Below are positions 40,678 to 50,580 of a stretch of 64,000 bases of DNA, one piece after another. The notes beneath the pieces were generated by a model. That model was not told the DNA's origin, ran no database searches, and was given only the letters and a program-made list of their open reading frames with translations. The translations under genes were made by a program, and so were the position numbers. The stretch is taken from assembly GCA_965214095.1 (NCBI GenBank), contig OZ243938.1, positions 736,001-800,000 on the forward strand. Reading direction: 5' to 3'. Position 1 is the first letter of the stretch. Each line of letters starts with the position of its first letter. The DNA is from Candidatus Poribacteria bacterium. GTDB taxonomy: Bacteria > Poribacteria > WGA-4E > WGA-3G.

Positions 40678-42957
40678 CTATTCTGCTATTGCTTTTGTAA
40701 AATTACATTCTTTTGAAGCACAGGTGTGAATCGGATCACTATCTTTTGGTGTTTTCTCTACAATATAGGGAGCATCACATTCTGGACAAGGTTCTGCAAT
40801 CGGTTTATCCCAACTGGCAAAACCACAAGTTGGGTAGTTACTACAACCATAGAAGATTCTGCCGCGTTTACTGCGACGTTCTCCTAAATAACCATCACAA
40901 TCGGATTCTGGACAATCAACACCCATTGGTATCGGTTTTGCATTCTTACACTTTGGATAGTCACTACATGACATGAATTTTGCCCCAGCACGACTCTGTT
41001 TGATCACCATCTTCTCACCGCACTTATCACAAAGTTTATCTGTCTTTTCAGGTTCTGCGGCTGCAGTATCATCACCATTGAGTCGTTTGATGTTTTCACA
41101 TTCAGGATAATTGGAACATCCGAGGAAACGTCCATATTTCCCCCATTTTATAATCATGTTTCCACCGCACTTTTCACACTCCTCACCCGATTCCTCCTCC
41201 ATTGCTTTTCGTGCTTCGTACATCTTATCGGGTGCGTCCTTCAAAGCTTCTTCAAATGATGGATAAAATTCTCCAAGTGTCTCCACCCATGCAGTCTTCC
41301 CTTCTGCAATAGTATCAAGTTTCTGCTCCATCTCCTTAGTAAATTCAACATCAACAATATCAGGAAAACCGTGAATCAGAAGTTTATTCACAAGTTTCCC
41401 AACATCAGTAGGTAAGAGGCGGCGTTGTTCTTTCTCGATGTATCCACGATCCTGAATCGTAGAGAGAATTGTTGCATAAGTGCTTGGTCTACCTATACCA
41501 TTGGCTTCCAATGCTTTGACAAGTGTTGCTTCGTTATATCTCGGAGGCGGTTGCGTATAGTGTTGTTTTTCATCCAACTTACGTAAATCAAGTGTCTCAC
41601 CTTCCTTAACATCAGGCAGATTTACGTTCTCATCACTATCTCCATTCCCCTCACTCGTAACATCGTCTTGTCCTTCCATATATATACGTCTGAACCCATC
41701 AAACTTGATAACAGAACCAGTAGCGCGATATATATATTTCCCAGCCTTAATATCAATTGTTGTCGCATCAAGAATAGCGGGATTCATCTGACACGCAATA
41801 AATCGCTTCCATATCAGTTCATAGAGACGGAACTGGTCTTTGCTCAAAAATGATTTGATGGATTCAGGTGTACGCAATTGTAAAGTGGGACGAATCGCCT
41901 CATGAGCATCTTGTGCATCTTTTTTGCTCTTATAATTAATAACACGACCAGGTAAGTAATCAGAACCGTATTTAGTCTTGATATACTTTCGGACTGCAGT
42001 CAACGCATCTTGTGCAATACGGGTTGAATCAGTACGCATATAAGTGATTAGACCAACACTACCTTCATCTCCGATTGTCAAACCTTCATATAGCTGCTGT
42101 GCGATCATCATAGTTCTTTTTGCTGTAAAACGGAGTTTTCTGGACGCTTCTTGCTGGAGAGTACTCGTAATAAATGGGGGAACAGGTCTCTGTTTGCGTT
42201 CACGCTTTTGAACTTTCTCAACAACAAAGGTTTGTTCTTTTGCATCAGCAGATAATTCCTTTGCCCGTTCTTCATCTATACGAAATCCGTAATTATTTAT
42301 TTCACCTTTCTTCGTACCAATCTTATGTAGTTTTGCTGGAAAGAGATGTTCCTTTGGAGTAGGTGTGAGTGTTGCTGTTAATGTCCAATATTCTACTGGT
42401 TTGAAGGCTTCTATTTCCGCTTCACGTTCACAGATAAGTCGTACTGCAACAGATTGCACACGACCTGCACTCAACCCAGGTTTAATGCTTCTCCACAAAA
42501 TTGGACTGATCTTCCATCCAATAAGTCTATCTAAAACACGTCGTGCTTGCTGCGCATCCACAAGTGCTTGATCTATTGTTCCAGGATTTTCAATCGCTTC
42601 TAAAATTGCACTCTGCGTCACCTCATTATATATAATGCGGTAGATGGGTTTTTTCGATTTTTTCAACTCTGTCGCGAGATGCCAACAAATCGCTTCACCT
42701 TCTCTATCCGGGTCTGCTGCGAGATAGATACAATCCACCTTTTTTGCTTTTTCCTGGATTGCCTTAACGACGGGTCCTTTTCCACGAATAAGTACGTATT
42801 TTGGTGAGAAGTTATTATCAACATCAACCCCCAGTTCTTTTTTCGGAAGGTCTCGAATATGTCCAACTGAGGAATCAACTATATAGTCTTTTCCTAAAAT
42901 CTTCTCAATTGTTCTCGCTTTTGCTGGAGATTCTACAACTACTAATGATTTCGGCAT
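40678..42957 (-). CDS. topA: DNA topoisomerase I
   Basis: VVESPAKA, DPDREGE, SAGRVQS, GLITYMRTDS, AHEAIRP, GIGRPSTY, C-terminal Zn ribbons. Confidence 0.98.
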   Translation of the reverse strand: MPKSLVVVESPAKARTIEKILGKDYIVDSSVGHIRDLPKKELGVDVDNNFSPKYVLIRGKGPVVKAIQEKAKKVDCIYLAADPDREGEAICWHLATELKKSKKPIYRIIYNEVTQSAILEAIENPGTIDQALVDAQQARRVLDRLIGWKISPILWRSIKPGLSAGRVQSVAVRLICEREAEIEAFKPVEYWTLTATLTPTPKEHLFPAKLHKIGTKKGEINNYGFRIDEERAKELSADAKEQTFVVEKVQKRERKQRPVPPFITSTLQQEASRKLRFTAKRTMMIAQQLYEGLTIGDEGSVGLITYMRTDSTRIAQDALTAVRKYIKTKYGSDYLPGRVINYKSKKDAQDAHEAIRPTLQLRTPESIKSFLSKDQFRLYELIWKRFIACQMNPAILDATTIDIKAGKYIYRATGSVIKFDGFRRIYMEGQDDVTSEGNGDSDENVNLPDVKEGETLDLRKLDEKQHYTQPPPRYNEATLVKALEANGIGRPSTYATILSTIQDRGYIEKEQRRLLPTDVGKLVNKLLIHGFPDIVDVEFTKEMEQKLDTIAEGKTAWVETLGEFYPSFEEALKDAPDKMYEARKAMEEESGEECEKCGGNMIIKWGKYGRFLGCSNYPECENIKRLNGDDTAAAEPEKTDKLCDKCGEKMVIKQSRAGAKFMSCSDYPKCKNAKPIPMGVDCPESDCDGYLGERRSKRGRIFYGCSNYPTCGFASWDKPIAEPCPECDAPYIVEKTPKDSDPIHTCASKECNFTKAIAE

Positions 42958-43338
42958 TTTTTACTTCAATTGTCCTTATATGATAGATATTATTTTAAAA
43001 GTGGAATATAATCACTCGTCTACATATTGTAATGCTTTTTCATATATCATAAGTTCTTCAGCTGCTTTTATTTAAAACGTCAGAATTCTAATATAGTGAC
43101 AGAAAAAGGCGTGATTTCACAATTCATCCACTATTGTATTCTTTTAAGAAGGAGCAAAACGCTATTCTACTGTTTGACGATGAATCTACACAATAGTTGG
43201 ATTCTGCGATAATATATCTCAAGTTTCATATCACAGAAGGTGGAAACGAGGAGCTATTTAAACAGATATTTCTATAGATAGAGTCGCATTCAATGAATGT
43301 AAATGAAAAGGGGTTAGTGAACCACATTTCAATCTGGA

Positions 43339-44112
43339 TCACTCAACGAATGAGAGCAGATCAATGAGTAACTTTCTCATTCCTGTGCGGTGAACTATAT
43401 GGTCAATAAATCCATGCGCGACCAATGACTCAGCTTTTTGGAAGTTTTCTGGTAATTCTTCTTGTAAACTCGCAACAGCCAAGGGACCTGCAAACCCGAT
43501 ACGAGCACCAGGCTCAGCAACTATAATGTCACCAAGTGATGTATAACTTGCAGTTGCTCCTCCAAACGTAGGATCTGTGACGATGGAGATATAGAAACCA
43601 CCATTTTTAGCGAATTCAGCACATGCAGCCGCTGTCTTTGCCATCTGCATTAACGCTAATGTGCCTTCTTGCATCCGCATCCCGCCACTCACAGAGACAA
43701 TAACGAGAGGTAAATTATTTTTACCGGCATACTCAATACAACGGGTAACTTTCTCACCAATGACAGCACCACAGGTTCCTCCGATAAAACCGACATCACC
43801 AATCGCAATCGCAGTCGTATTCCCACCGACTTCTGCTATTCCTGAAAGCATCTCGGATCTGAGTCCAGTTTTAGCAATGTCTCGTTCAAGTTTATCAGGG
43901 TATTCAGGGAATTCTAACGCATCTATAGAGTACAAGTTTACGTCTGTTTCTTGGAAACTGTCTTTATCAACAAGTAGGTCCAACCGTTCATGTGCACTCA
44001 TAGGGTAATGTGCATCACATTCAGGGCAAACCTTTAGGTTCTTGGTAAATGCCTTTACTTTGATATCTGCATCGCAATGTCTGCATGTGAAGGATTCGGG
44101 GGTCTTGTCCAT
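43339..44112 (-). CDS. accD: Acetyl-CoA carboxylase carboxyltransferase beta subunit
   Basis: CRHC..CPEC zinc finger, GEKV, SGGMRMQEG, LMQMAKT, AEPGARIGFAG, HGFID. Confidence 0.92.
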   Translation of the reverse strand: MDKTPESFTCRHCDADIKVKAFTKNLKVCPECDAHYPMSAHERLDLLVDKDSFQETDVNLYSIDALEFPEYPDKLERDIAKTGLRSEMLSGIAEVGGNTTAIAIGDVGFIGGTCGAVIGEKVTRCIEYAGKNNLPLVIVSVSGGMRMQEGTLALMQMAKTAAACAEFAKNGGFYISIVTDPTFGGATASYTSLGDIIVAEPGARIGFAGPLAVASLQEELPENFQKAESLVAHGFIDHIVHRTGMRKLLIDLLSFVE

Positions 44113-44266
44113 GTTATACGCCTAATGATGGTATACAATTCATTCCTTTTAATGATACTCTCAACAGTCGGGTTTGTCAACCTAAATATCCCCTTATCCA
44201 ACATCAGAAGTCTGGACAAGAGGATATGAGATAGAAAGAATACCTTAAATTATTCACTTTGTAGAA

Positions 44267-45028
44267 TTATTGAGCAGAAATAGAACCTTTAATTTGTCCC
44301 CACCGTGTAGCAAGTTTCCCTTCAGCCTCTACTGACAAAAACGCATCAAAACCATCACCTAATGCGTTGATCTCATCCTCATTGAGTGCTCGTGAAAGAA
44401 TTACAGCATCATCTATTGCACCACCATATCCTTCACCACCTTCACCACCGAGACGGTAGGTTGTATTAGCACCGCGGGTTTCTTGAAAGTCTGTTTCTTT
44501 CGCCAACTTGCCATTAACATATATCCTGTATTTCTTACCATCACTTTGAACGACAGCATGACTCCACTCACCTTGTTTGATGTCACCACCATCGGTTTGG
44601 CATAGGATAGTCCAACCCCCGACTTGTCCTCGCCATGACAATAGACCTTGTACGGAGTTAACAAAGAGAGTATTATGACCTGCGTCACCCGGTAGACTTC
44701 GCCAGATTTGTTGCCATTCTCCACCCTCAAATGTCGGATTGATCCATACAGAAAGAGTAAATGGGTCTGTCTTGAATAGATCCCCATGCAATGTTTCAGA
44801 TACCGTCATCTCAACGTGTGTACCGACATCAAGATGAATTGCTTCTTTAAATTCTCCATTATCCCAATTTGAACCACCTTTAATCACGCCATGGTTTTCG
44901 TTTCCTGATGAATCTTCTGCATCACCATCAAATGAATAGTATGCGACTAAAGCATCTTCTGCTGAAACACCAGTAATCAAGCACATAAGAAAAGCAGAAC
45001 ATGCCAATACAAATAACGTTCTTTTCAT
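44267..45028 (-). CDS. Secreted LamG/concanavalin A-like domain protein with C-terminal TxWGxxK motif
   Basis: Signal peptide, LVAYYSFDG.AEDSSGN, FTLSVWI, WSHAV, YVNG, IDD...RAL; ends VEAEGKLATRWGQIK. Confidence 0.88.
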   Translation of the reverse strand: MKRTLFVLACSAFLMCLITGVSAEDALVAYYSFDGDAEDSSGNENHGVIKGGSNWDNGEFKEAIHLDVGTHVEMTVSETLHGDLFKTDPFTLSVWINPTFEGGEWQQIWRSLPGDAGHNTLFVNSVQGLLSWRGQVGGWTILCQTDGGDIKQGEWSHAVVQSDGKKYRIYVNGKLAKETDFQETRGANTTYRLGGEGGEGYGGAIDDAVILSRALNEDEINALGDGFDAFLSVEAEGKLATRWGQIKGSISAQ

Positions 45029-45092
45029 CTAATCTTCGGGCAGGAGACCCAATCCTTTAGGTTTGGGAGGAATGCCCGCTCCTATGTTTTTC

Positions 45093-45121
45093 TTGACAAT
45101 AAATGTCAAACTTGCTAAAAT
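45093..45121 (+). promoter_or_regulatory. Sigma70-type promoter inside the element
   Basis: TTGACA-17 nt-TAAAAT. Confidence 0.75.
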
Positions 45122-45126
45122 ATATT

Positions 45127-45434
45127 CGGAAAGTTCAATCACACGTAGTCGTGTGTGAGGTTGTCCGCAGTCTTTGGTGCTATATGTTGCGGAGCATAAA
45201 ACTGAAAAACATATACGCTCTCACTACCATAGACACATAACAATTGAGTGGTAGGGACATGGGAGGTAAAAAACCCAGTCCGAAAAACACACTCTCAAAT
45301 AATAAGTTGCTCTTTTAGAGCAAGTGAGGTTGCTTAGAACCCACTGTGGAGACGAAATAAGACGGATGATCCTTTTGGTGAAACGCAACGTCTATGAAGC
45401 ACAAGCCCAACCCTTTAGGTTTGGGTACTATGAC
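45127..45434 (+). ncRNA. Candidate stand-alone omega-RNA (about 300 nt) with structured 5' extension
   Basis: Serial hairpins; 3' core TGTG-G-AGACG...CGTCT-ATGAAG-CACA plus terminal hairpin resembles IS605/TnpB right-end RNA. Confidence 0.6.
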
Positions 45435-45533
45435 CGTATACACTCCTTTTTGATCTCATTTTCAATATATTCTGTGAATTTTCGACACTATAGAAACAAT
45501 TAGACACTTTGTGCAAGTTTTTTTCTTTTAGCA

Positions 45534-45562
45534 ATACTATCACACATAAGAAATAATGTCAA
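45534..45562 (-). promoter_or_regulatory. Native sigma70-type promoter of the LamG gene
   Basis: Minus strand TTGACA-17 nt-TAGTAT; original RBS AAAAGGAG at 45443-45450. Confidence 0.6.
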
Positions 45563-45615
45563 TTTTGGCAGGTGTCTTCAAATTTTAAGGATTCGTAAAT
45601 ATAGAGGTTAACTTT

Positions 45616-45712
45616 CTGTTAAGTCCCTGAATCGGTTCATCACTGAATTTATTGGATATATTGATTCTTGTCTGAACCAAGATTTTCAGGATTAGTAGAT
45701 TTATAGGATTAT
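45616..45712 (+). mobile_element. MITE-like repeat family C (partial copy 2)
   Basis: Shares tcatca.tgaattta.tgg...attgattcttgtctgaac..gatt..caggat with 12981-13074. Confidence 0.7.
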
Positions 45713-45747
45713 GCTTCTGATGTTACAAGGTGGTATTTGAAGATAGA

Positions 45748-45771
45748 CAGCACGCGGAGCGTGCCTACTAC
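45748..45771 (-). repeat. GTAG-type REP (family D)
   Basis: Minus strand GTAGTAGGCACGCTCCGCGTGCTG hairpin. Confidence 0.55.
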
Positions 45772-45804
45772 TATGAATGTAAGGTTTACTAAATTTACTA
45801 AAGA

Positions 45805-47877
45805 TTATTGTTGTTGCTGTAATATCAGATTCTCATACGAATCAACATAAGCAGAAAAATTGGGGGGAACGACCGAAGTAGCACTAAATTCGACGATGAC
45901 GGCAGGTCCTGCAATCCGATTGCCGGGTCGCAGTGACTCACGTTGATAAAAATTGGTCGAATATGTTTCACCTTCAAAATCCATGGGGTGTGTAGCAATT
46001 GGTGCATCAGAAAGTTCAACATCTGTCAGTGTATTCGACTTGATTTCTGGTTTATCCGTTTCACCGATTGCTGATAGACGGAGATTCACCACCTCCACCG
46101 ATGCTTCAGGACGCGCATAACTAAATCGCTGTTCGTGTAAGGAATGAAATTGGTTTACAAAATCGGAGTTTTCATTTTCATAACTAACATTTAACTCATA
46201 AGATTGACCTTCATAACGTATATCAAGTGAACGTTTGATTATGAGTTGAGAGAATTCAATATCCTCCATATCCATATCAACTTCGGCAAGTGCAACTAAT
46301 GTTTCAAAACCTTTCTCCAATTGTGTATGTATATCTATGTTGTCAACAGCAATTTTCAATAACACCGTCTGTGAATAATCTTTGACAACATCAGCATATA
46401 ACATGCCGTAAGCAGAAAGAAGACCACCATTCGGTGGTATCAACACATTTTGCATACCGAGGTTTTCCGCAAGAAACGCTGCATGCAAACCACCTGCACC
46501 ACCAAACGAAATGAGTGTAAAATCGCGAGTATCATACCCCCGTTCAACAGAAATCACTTTAATTGCACGTTCCATCGTTGCATTTGCGATTTTCAATATG
46601 CCATCAGCAGTATCACGTGGAGATAATCCCAGGTTTTCAGAAAACTCATGTATATACTGACGCGTCATATCAGATTCAAGCGACATCCTTCCACCTAAAA
46701 ATAGTGTCGGTAAAATACGACCTAAGAATAAATTCGCATCCGTAACAGTTATGTCTTTTCCGTTGTTTCCATAACATATCGGTCCAGGGTCAGCACCGGC
46801 ACTTTCAGGACCAACACGCAACGCACCACCAGAATCTACATAAGCAATTGAACCACCACCAGCACCCACCGTATGAATATCAATAAGAGGTACTTTGATA
46901 GGCAACCCACTGATATTACTTTCGGTTGTCATCGAGATATCACCATCACATAAACTCACATCAGTTGATGTTCCACCCATATCAAAAGTGATAATCTTTT
47001 CATACCCTGCAGTTTTAGCAATATGATATGCACCCATCACGCCTCCTGCAGGACCTGAAAGCACAGTTTGAATTCCAGCAGATTCAAAATTATTCGTTGA
47101 AATACATCCACCATTGGATAGCATCAATTGGAAAAATTGGGGAAAATCATCGGAATTCCTTAGTGTAGAAAGATGTTTTTCTAATGTCGGACGAATATAC
47201 GCGTTGGCAACAGTGGTACTAAATCGCGCATACTCACGATATTCGGGTAAAATTTGGTGAGAACATGAAATCGGTATATTCAAACGATTAGTTAGATATT
47301 CCGAGACAACCAACTCATTAGTAGGATTGATATAGGAAAAGAGAAAACAAATCGCAATTGCATCTAAGTCTAAAGATAAAAGCCGTTTAACCAGATCTTC
47401 AAGATCGGATGTCTTTATTTCAGTCTGAATCTCACCAGTGTGTAATGTCCGTTCAATAATACCGAATCGCAGATCTACAGGCACGAGCGGAGGTGGACGT
47501 TGAACATTTATATCATATAGATGAGGACGCGCCTGTCTACCTATTTCTAAAATATCTTCAAAACCCATTGTCGTAACAACTGCGATCCGTGCACCTCTAC
47601 GTTCCAGCAATGCATTTGTAGCAACGGTAGAACCGTGAACGATATCCACATCTTGATATGAATTGATATTATGCTGACTTAGGATTTCGCTAACACCCTT
47701 AATAACAGCAAGAGCAGGATTTTGAGGTGTCGACAAAACCTTATGTGTGAAGAGATTCTGATTCACAGACATCACAATATCTGTGAAAGTGCCACCGGTA
47801 TCAACACCTATTTTTCTAATTCCATTCTTTTCTTGCATGTGTTGGCTTTTCATTTGGAAGGGGTTGCATACAATCAT
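45805..47877 (-). CDS. Hydantoinase/5-oxoprolinase subunit A family protein
   Basis: GVDTGGTFTD, HGSTVATNALLE, SGPAGG, DMGGTSTD, GAGGGS, GPESAGADPGP. Confidence 0.93.
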   Translation of the reverse strand: MIVCNPFQMKSQHMQEKNGIRKIGVDTGGTFTDIVMSVNQNLFTHKVLSTPQNPALAVIKGVSEILSQHNINSYQDVDIVHGSTVATNALLERRGARIAVVTTMGFEDILEIGRQARPHLYDINVQRPPPLVPVDLRFGIIERTLHTGEIQTEIKTSDLEDLVKRLLSLDLDAIAICFLFSYINPTNELVVSEYLTNRLNIPISCSHQILPEYREYARFSTTVANAYIRPTLEKHLSTLRNSDDFPQFFQLMLSNGGCISTNNFESAGIQTVLSGPAGGVMGAYHIAKTAGYEKIITFDMGGTSTDVSLCDGDISMTTESNISGLPIKVPLIDIHTVGAGGGSIAYVDSGGALRVGPESAGADPGPICYGNNGKDITVTDANLFLGRILPTLFLGGRMSLESDMTRQYIHEFSENLGLSPRDTADGILKIANATMERAIKVISVERGYDTRDFTLISFGGAGGLHAAFLAENLGMQNVLIPPNGGLLSAYGMLYADVVKDYSQTVLLKIAVDNIDIHTQLEKGFETLVALAEVDMDMEDIEFSQLIIKRSLDIRYEGQSYELNVSYENENSDFVNQFHSLHEQRFSYARPEASVEVVNLRLSAIGETDKPEIKSNTLTDVELSDAPIATHPMDFEGETYSTNFYQRESLRPGNRIAGPAVIVEFSATSVVPPNFSAYVDSYENLILQQQQ

Positions 47878-48833
47878 ACAACCACATTTTGTGGATTACC
47901 GTTTAAGAATGCGATGATATTGTCAACTGCACCTTCATTAAGCAAATCAACGCCTTCAGGAGTCATATCTGCACAATGGGGTGTCAAAATTACCTGTTCA
48001 CAGGATAGCAGTGGATGGTCTTTTGGAATCGGTTCTTGATCATAGACATCAATTGCTGCCCCACCAAGATGTCCATTATTTAATGATTGGATTAATGCGT
48101 CTGTATCTAAAACTTGTCCGCGTGCTACATTAATTAGGAGAGCATTTGGTTTCATCATTGTAAATTCACGTTCACCGATAAGATGATAACTTTCTTCTGT
48201 CAATTTAACATGAAGACTCACAACATCAGATAAACGTAGCAGATCATCAAAGGATACATATTTTACACTGAGTTGATTTGCACGTTCTGAGGAAGGATTG
48301 TATGTCCACGCAATGACGTTCATTCCAATTGCATTCGCAAGCCGTGCCATTTCAGAACCGATATGTCCGGTACCGATAATCCCCAAAGTTTTACCTTGCA
48401 GATACACATTATCCATTCTTGGCCAGTCACCAGTTTTCAACGCAGATGTCATGAACGCAGCACGTTTCGCAAGTGCGAACATCAAACCGAAACCATGTTC
48501 TGCAACGACAGGGGCAGTTCGACCCGGTTGATTGCAAACGACAACCCCTCGCTCTTTTGTTACTTCAAGATCAATCATATCTGTCCCAATTGAGCAGAGT
48601 GAAATCATCTTGAGTTTTGGCAAATGAGGCAAGACATCTGCATGCCATTTTACCATCCCTCGTGAGTTGATAAGAATATCTGCTTCAGATGCACGACTAA
48701 TCTTTTCTACAACAGTTTCTGGTCGATCCTTATACAGTACAATATCGCCATAAGGTTGGAGACGATTTAAATGTGGAGATCCTTGAATCTGGGGCGGTGA
48801 GTCACCAGGAACTACAATCTTGAGTCTATCCAA
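47874..48833 (-). CDS. D-2-hydroxyacid dehydrogenase family protein
   Basis: VAEH, GIIGTGHIG, INVARG, DVYDQEP, TPH. Confidence 0.9.
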   Translation of the reverse strand: MDRLKIVVPGDSPPQIQGSPHLNRLQPYGDIVLYKDRPETVVEKISRASEADILINSRGMVKWHADVLPHLPKLKMISLCSIGTDMIDLEVTKERGVVVCNQPGRTAPVVAEHGFGLMFALAKRAAFMTSALKTGDWPRMDNVYLQGKTLGIIGTGHIGSEMARLANAIGMNVIAWTYNPSSERANQLSVKYVSFDDLLRLSDVVSLHVKLTEESYHLIGEREFTMMKPNALLINVARGQVLDTDALIQSLNNGHLGGAAIDVYDQEPIPKDHPLLSCEQVILTPHCADMTPEGVDLLNEGAVDNIIAFLNGNPQNVVV

Positions 48834-48845
48834 AAATTCTATTCC

Positions 48846-49850
48846 TTACTTTTCGTCAGATTTCGTTTGTGAACGTAAATGTGGGACCGTAATTCCACCT
48901 TTTACAATTTTCTTCTTGAATTCCTCAACCTTATTGAGTATTTCCGCAGACAACAGTGATTTATTGTCTTTATCTACAATGTATTCTATTCCACCCTCTT
49001 TTAGACCGTAGTTTTTCATACCACCGGTAAAAGTATCAGATACAACATGTTCAATCATCTGATAAACTGACAGTTCCACGCCTTTAATTATACTGGTGAG
49101 CACTTGACCTGGAAGTAAACCGTTTCCATTGGAATCTACCCATATAATATATTTCTTCGTCTCTTTCGCAGCTTCAAGCACACCTAATCCACTCGCGCCA
49201 GCAGCAGCGATAATTATATCAGCACCTTTTTTATATTGGGCAAGAGCCAATTCTTTTCCTTTAGCAGGATCATCAAATGCCTGCGGTGTTACTCCTACAT
49301 AATTCACAAGGAGTTCGATTTCTGGATCTGTTGCTTTGATACCAGCAGCAAAACCAATTTCAAATGCTTCAACAAGAGGAATTTTCATTCCACCTACAAA
49401 CCCAACTTTTTTCGTTTCTGTTTTCATCGCTGCGATAACACCTGCGAGAAATGTCCCTTCGTGTGCTTTATATATCAACGAAGCAACGTTTTCAGGTTTA
49501 GCAACAGCATCAATCAATGCAAAGTTGACATCAGGGAAATCAGGCGCGACTCGTTCCATCGGTTCTCGAAAAAGAAAACCGACCCCAATGATCAGATCAT
49601 ATTTTAATTTTGCAAGTCGGCGAACAGCCATTTCCGTATCGGTGTTCTGTACAGGATTTATTTCGGTCAGTTTGATATCCCATTTTTCTTCAGCCTTTTT
49701 TGCACCAGCATACGCGGCATCACAAAAAGACAGGTCACCACGTCCGCGCACATCATAGATAAGTCCAACTTTAATCTTTGCAAATAATGATTGACTGATT
49801 ACAAGCACACTGATACATAAACATAAGATTAGTAAGAAATTTTTCCTCAA
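48846..49850 (-). CDS. BMP family ABC transporter substrate-binding protein
   Basis: GRGDLSFCDAA, IGVGF, EGTFLAG, VGFVGG, AAGASGLG, WVDS. Confidence 0.9.
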   Translation of the reverse strand: MRKNFLLILCLCISVLVISQSLFAKIKVGLIYDVRGRGDLSFCDAAYAGAKKAEEKWDIKLTEINPVQNTDTEMAVRRLAKLKYDLIIGVGFLFREPMERVAPDFPDVNFALIDAVAKPENVASLIYKAHEGTFLAGVIAAMKTETKKVGFVGGMKIPLVEAFEIGFAAGIKATDPEIELLVNYVGVTPQAFDDPAKGKELALAQYKKGADIIIAAAGASGLGVLEAAKETKKYIIWVDSNGNGLLPGQVLTSIIKGVELSVYQMIEHVVSDTFTGGMKNYGLKEGGIEYIVDKDNKSLLSAEILNKVEEFKKKIVKGGITVPHLRSQTKSDEK

Positions 49851-50580
49851 GACTATCCCTCCTGAAATAAAATGAAAAGGTTTCTTTGATGAGATACAAT
49901 ATTGGAAATATGAAAGATTATATAATTAGAATACACCATTGAGAATACGAATGCAAGATATTTCCAATTTGAATACAACATGAAGGAGATGTGGCAAAAG
50001 CTAAATGTTACTACTATAACAATTGTAAAAATAAGTTTAAATTCGTTCACTTTTGACACAGAAAAAATAGTGTTAGATAATTACACTTATACAACACTAT
50101 CCTAAATTAGGATATGTTAATCTTGTTAACATTGATAAGAGCCGATTTTTCATACCATACGCACCTCATTAACAAATCTGTTATAGTTCATCAAACCATT
50201 GACGTTGATAGCATTGCGTGGTAAAATAAATGAAATAATTCTTGAACTAACCATATCGTATAGTATCAGAACATCCAAATACAATTACCAAATCTGCTAT
50301 ATTCACACTAAATCCGGTGTTTTATACGAAAGCAGTTAAAAAACTGAGTATAGACAGAATATCCATAGATAAATTTTTAGCCAAAATTTGAAACTTTACT
50401 TTATTCGCATATTTCAGTGTTTTTGTGTGTATTATATATGACAAGTAACAAAAAATGCGTTGTACGCCAACGTGAGCATTAAAATTTCAAGTGATTTTCT
50501 AAGGTTTTTCTCATACATACAATTTTCCTGTTTTGTTGTTTAATTTAAAATTCTCTCCCAATCATTATCATTTGACTCCT

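Larger units (their letters stand above)
45029..45434 (+). mobile_element. Non-autonomous IS200/IS605-family derivative (no ORF) with TnpB-type omega-RNA right end
   Basis: Near-identical subterminal hairpins CCCAA[T/C]CCTTTAGGTTTGGG at 45048-45067 and 45406-45425; right end ...GAAGCACAAG-hairpin-TACTATGAC; removal rejoins AGGAG-8nt-ATG of the flanking gene. Confidence 0.85.

Noticed and set aside
45127-45434. Group I intron (IStron) or IscB/HEARO RNA
   Set aside because: No convincing P7 pairing (the cagtcc segment pairs locally), the element is antisense to the host gene, and the motifs fit a TnpB-type right end on the + strand. A covariance-model search is still advisable.
49853-50530. 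Small hydrophobic ORF, or replication origin, in an AT-rich gap
   Set aside because: Composition is explained by AT richness; no cluster of DnaA boxes recognised.
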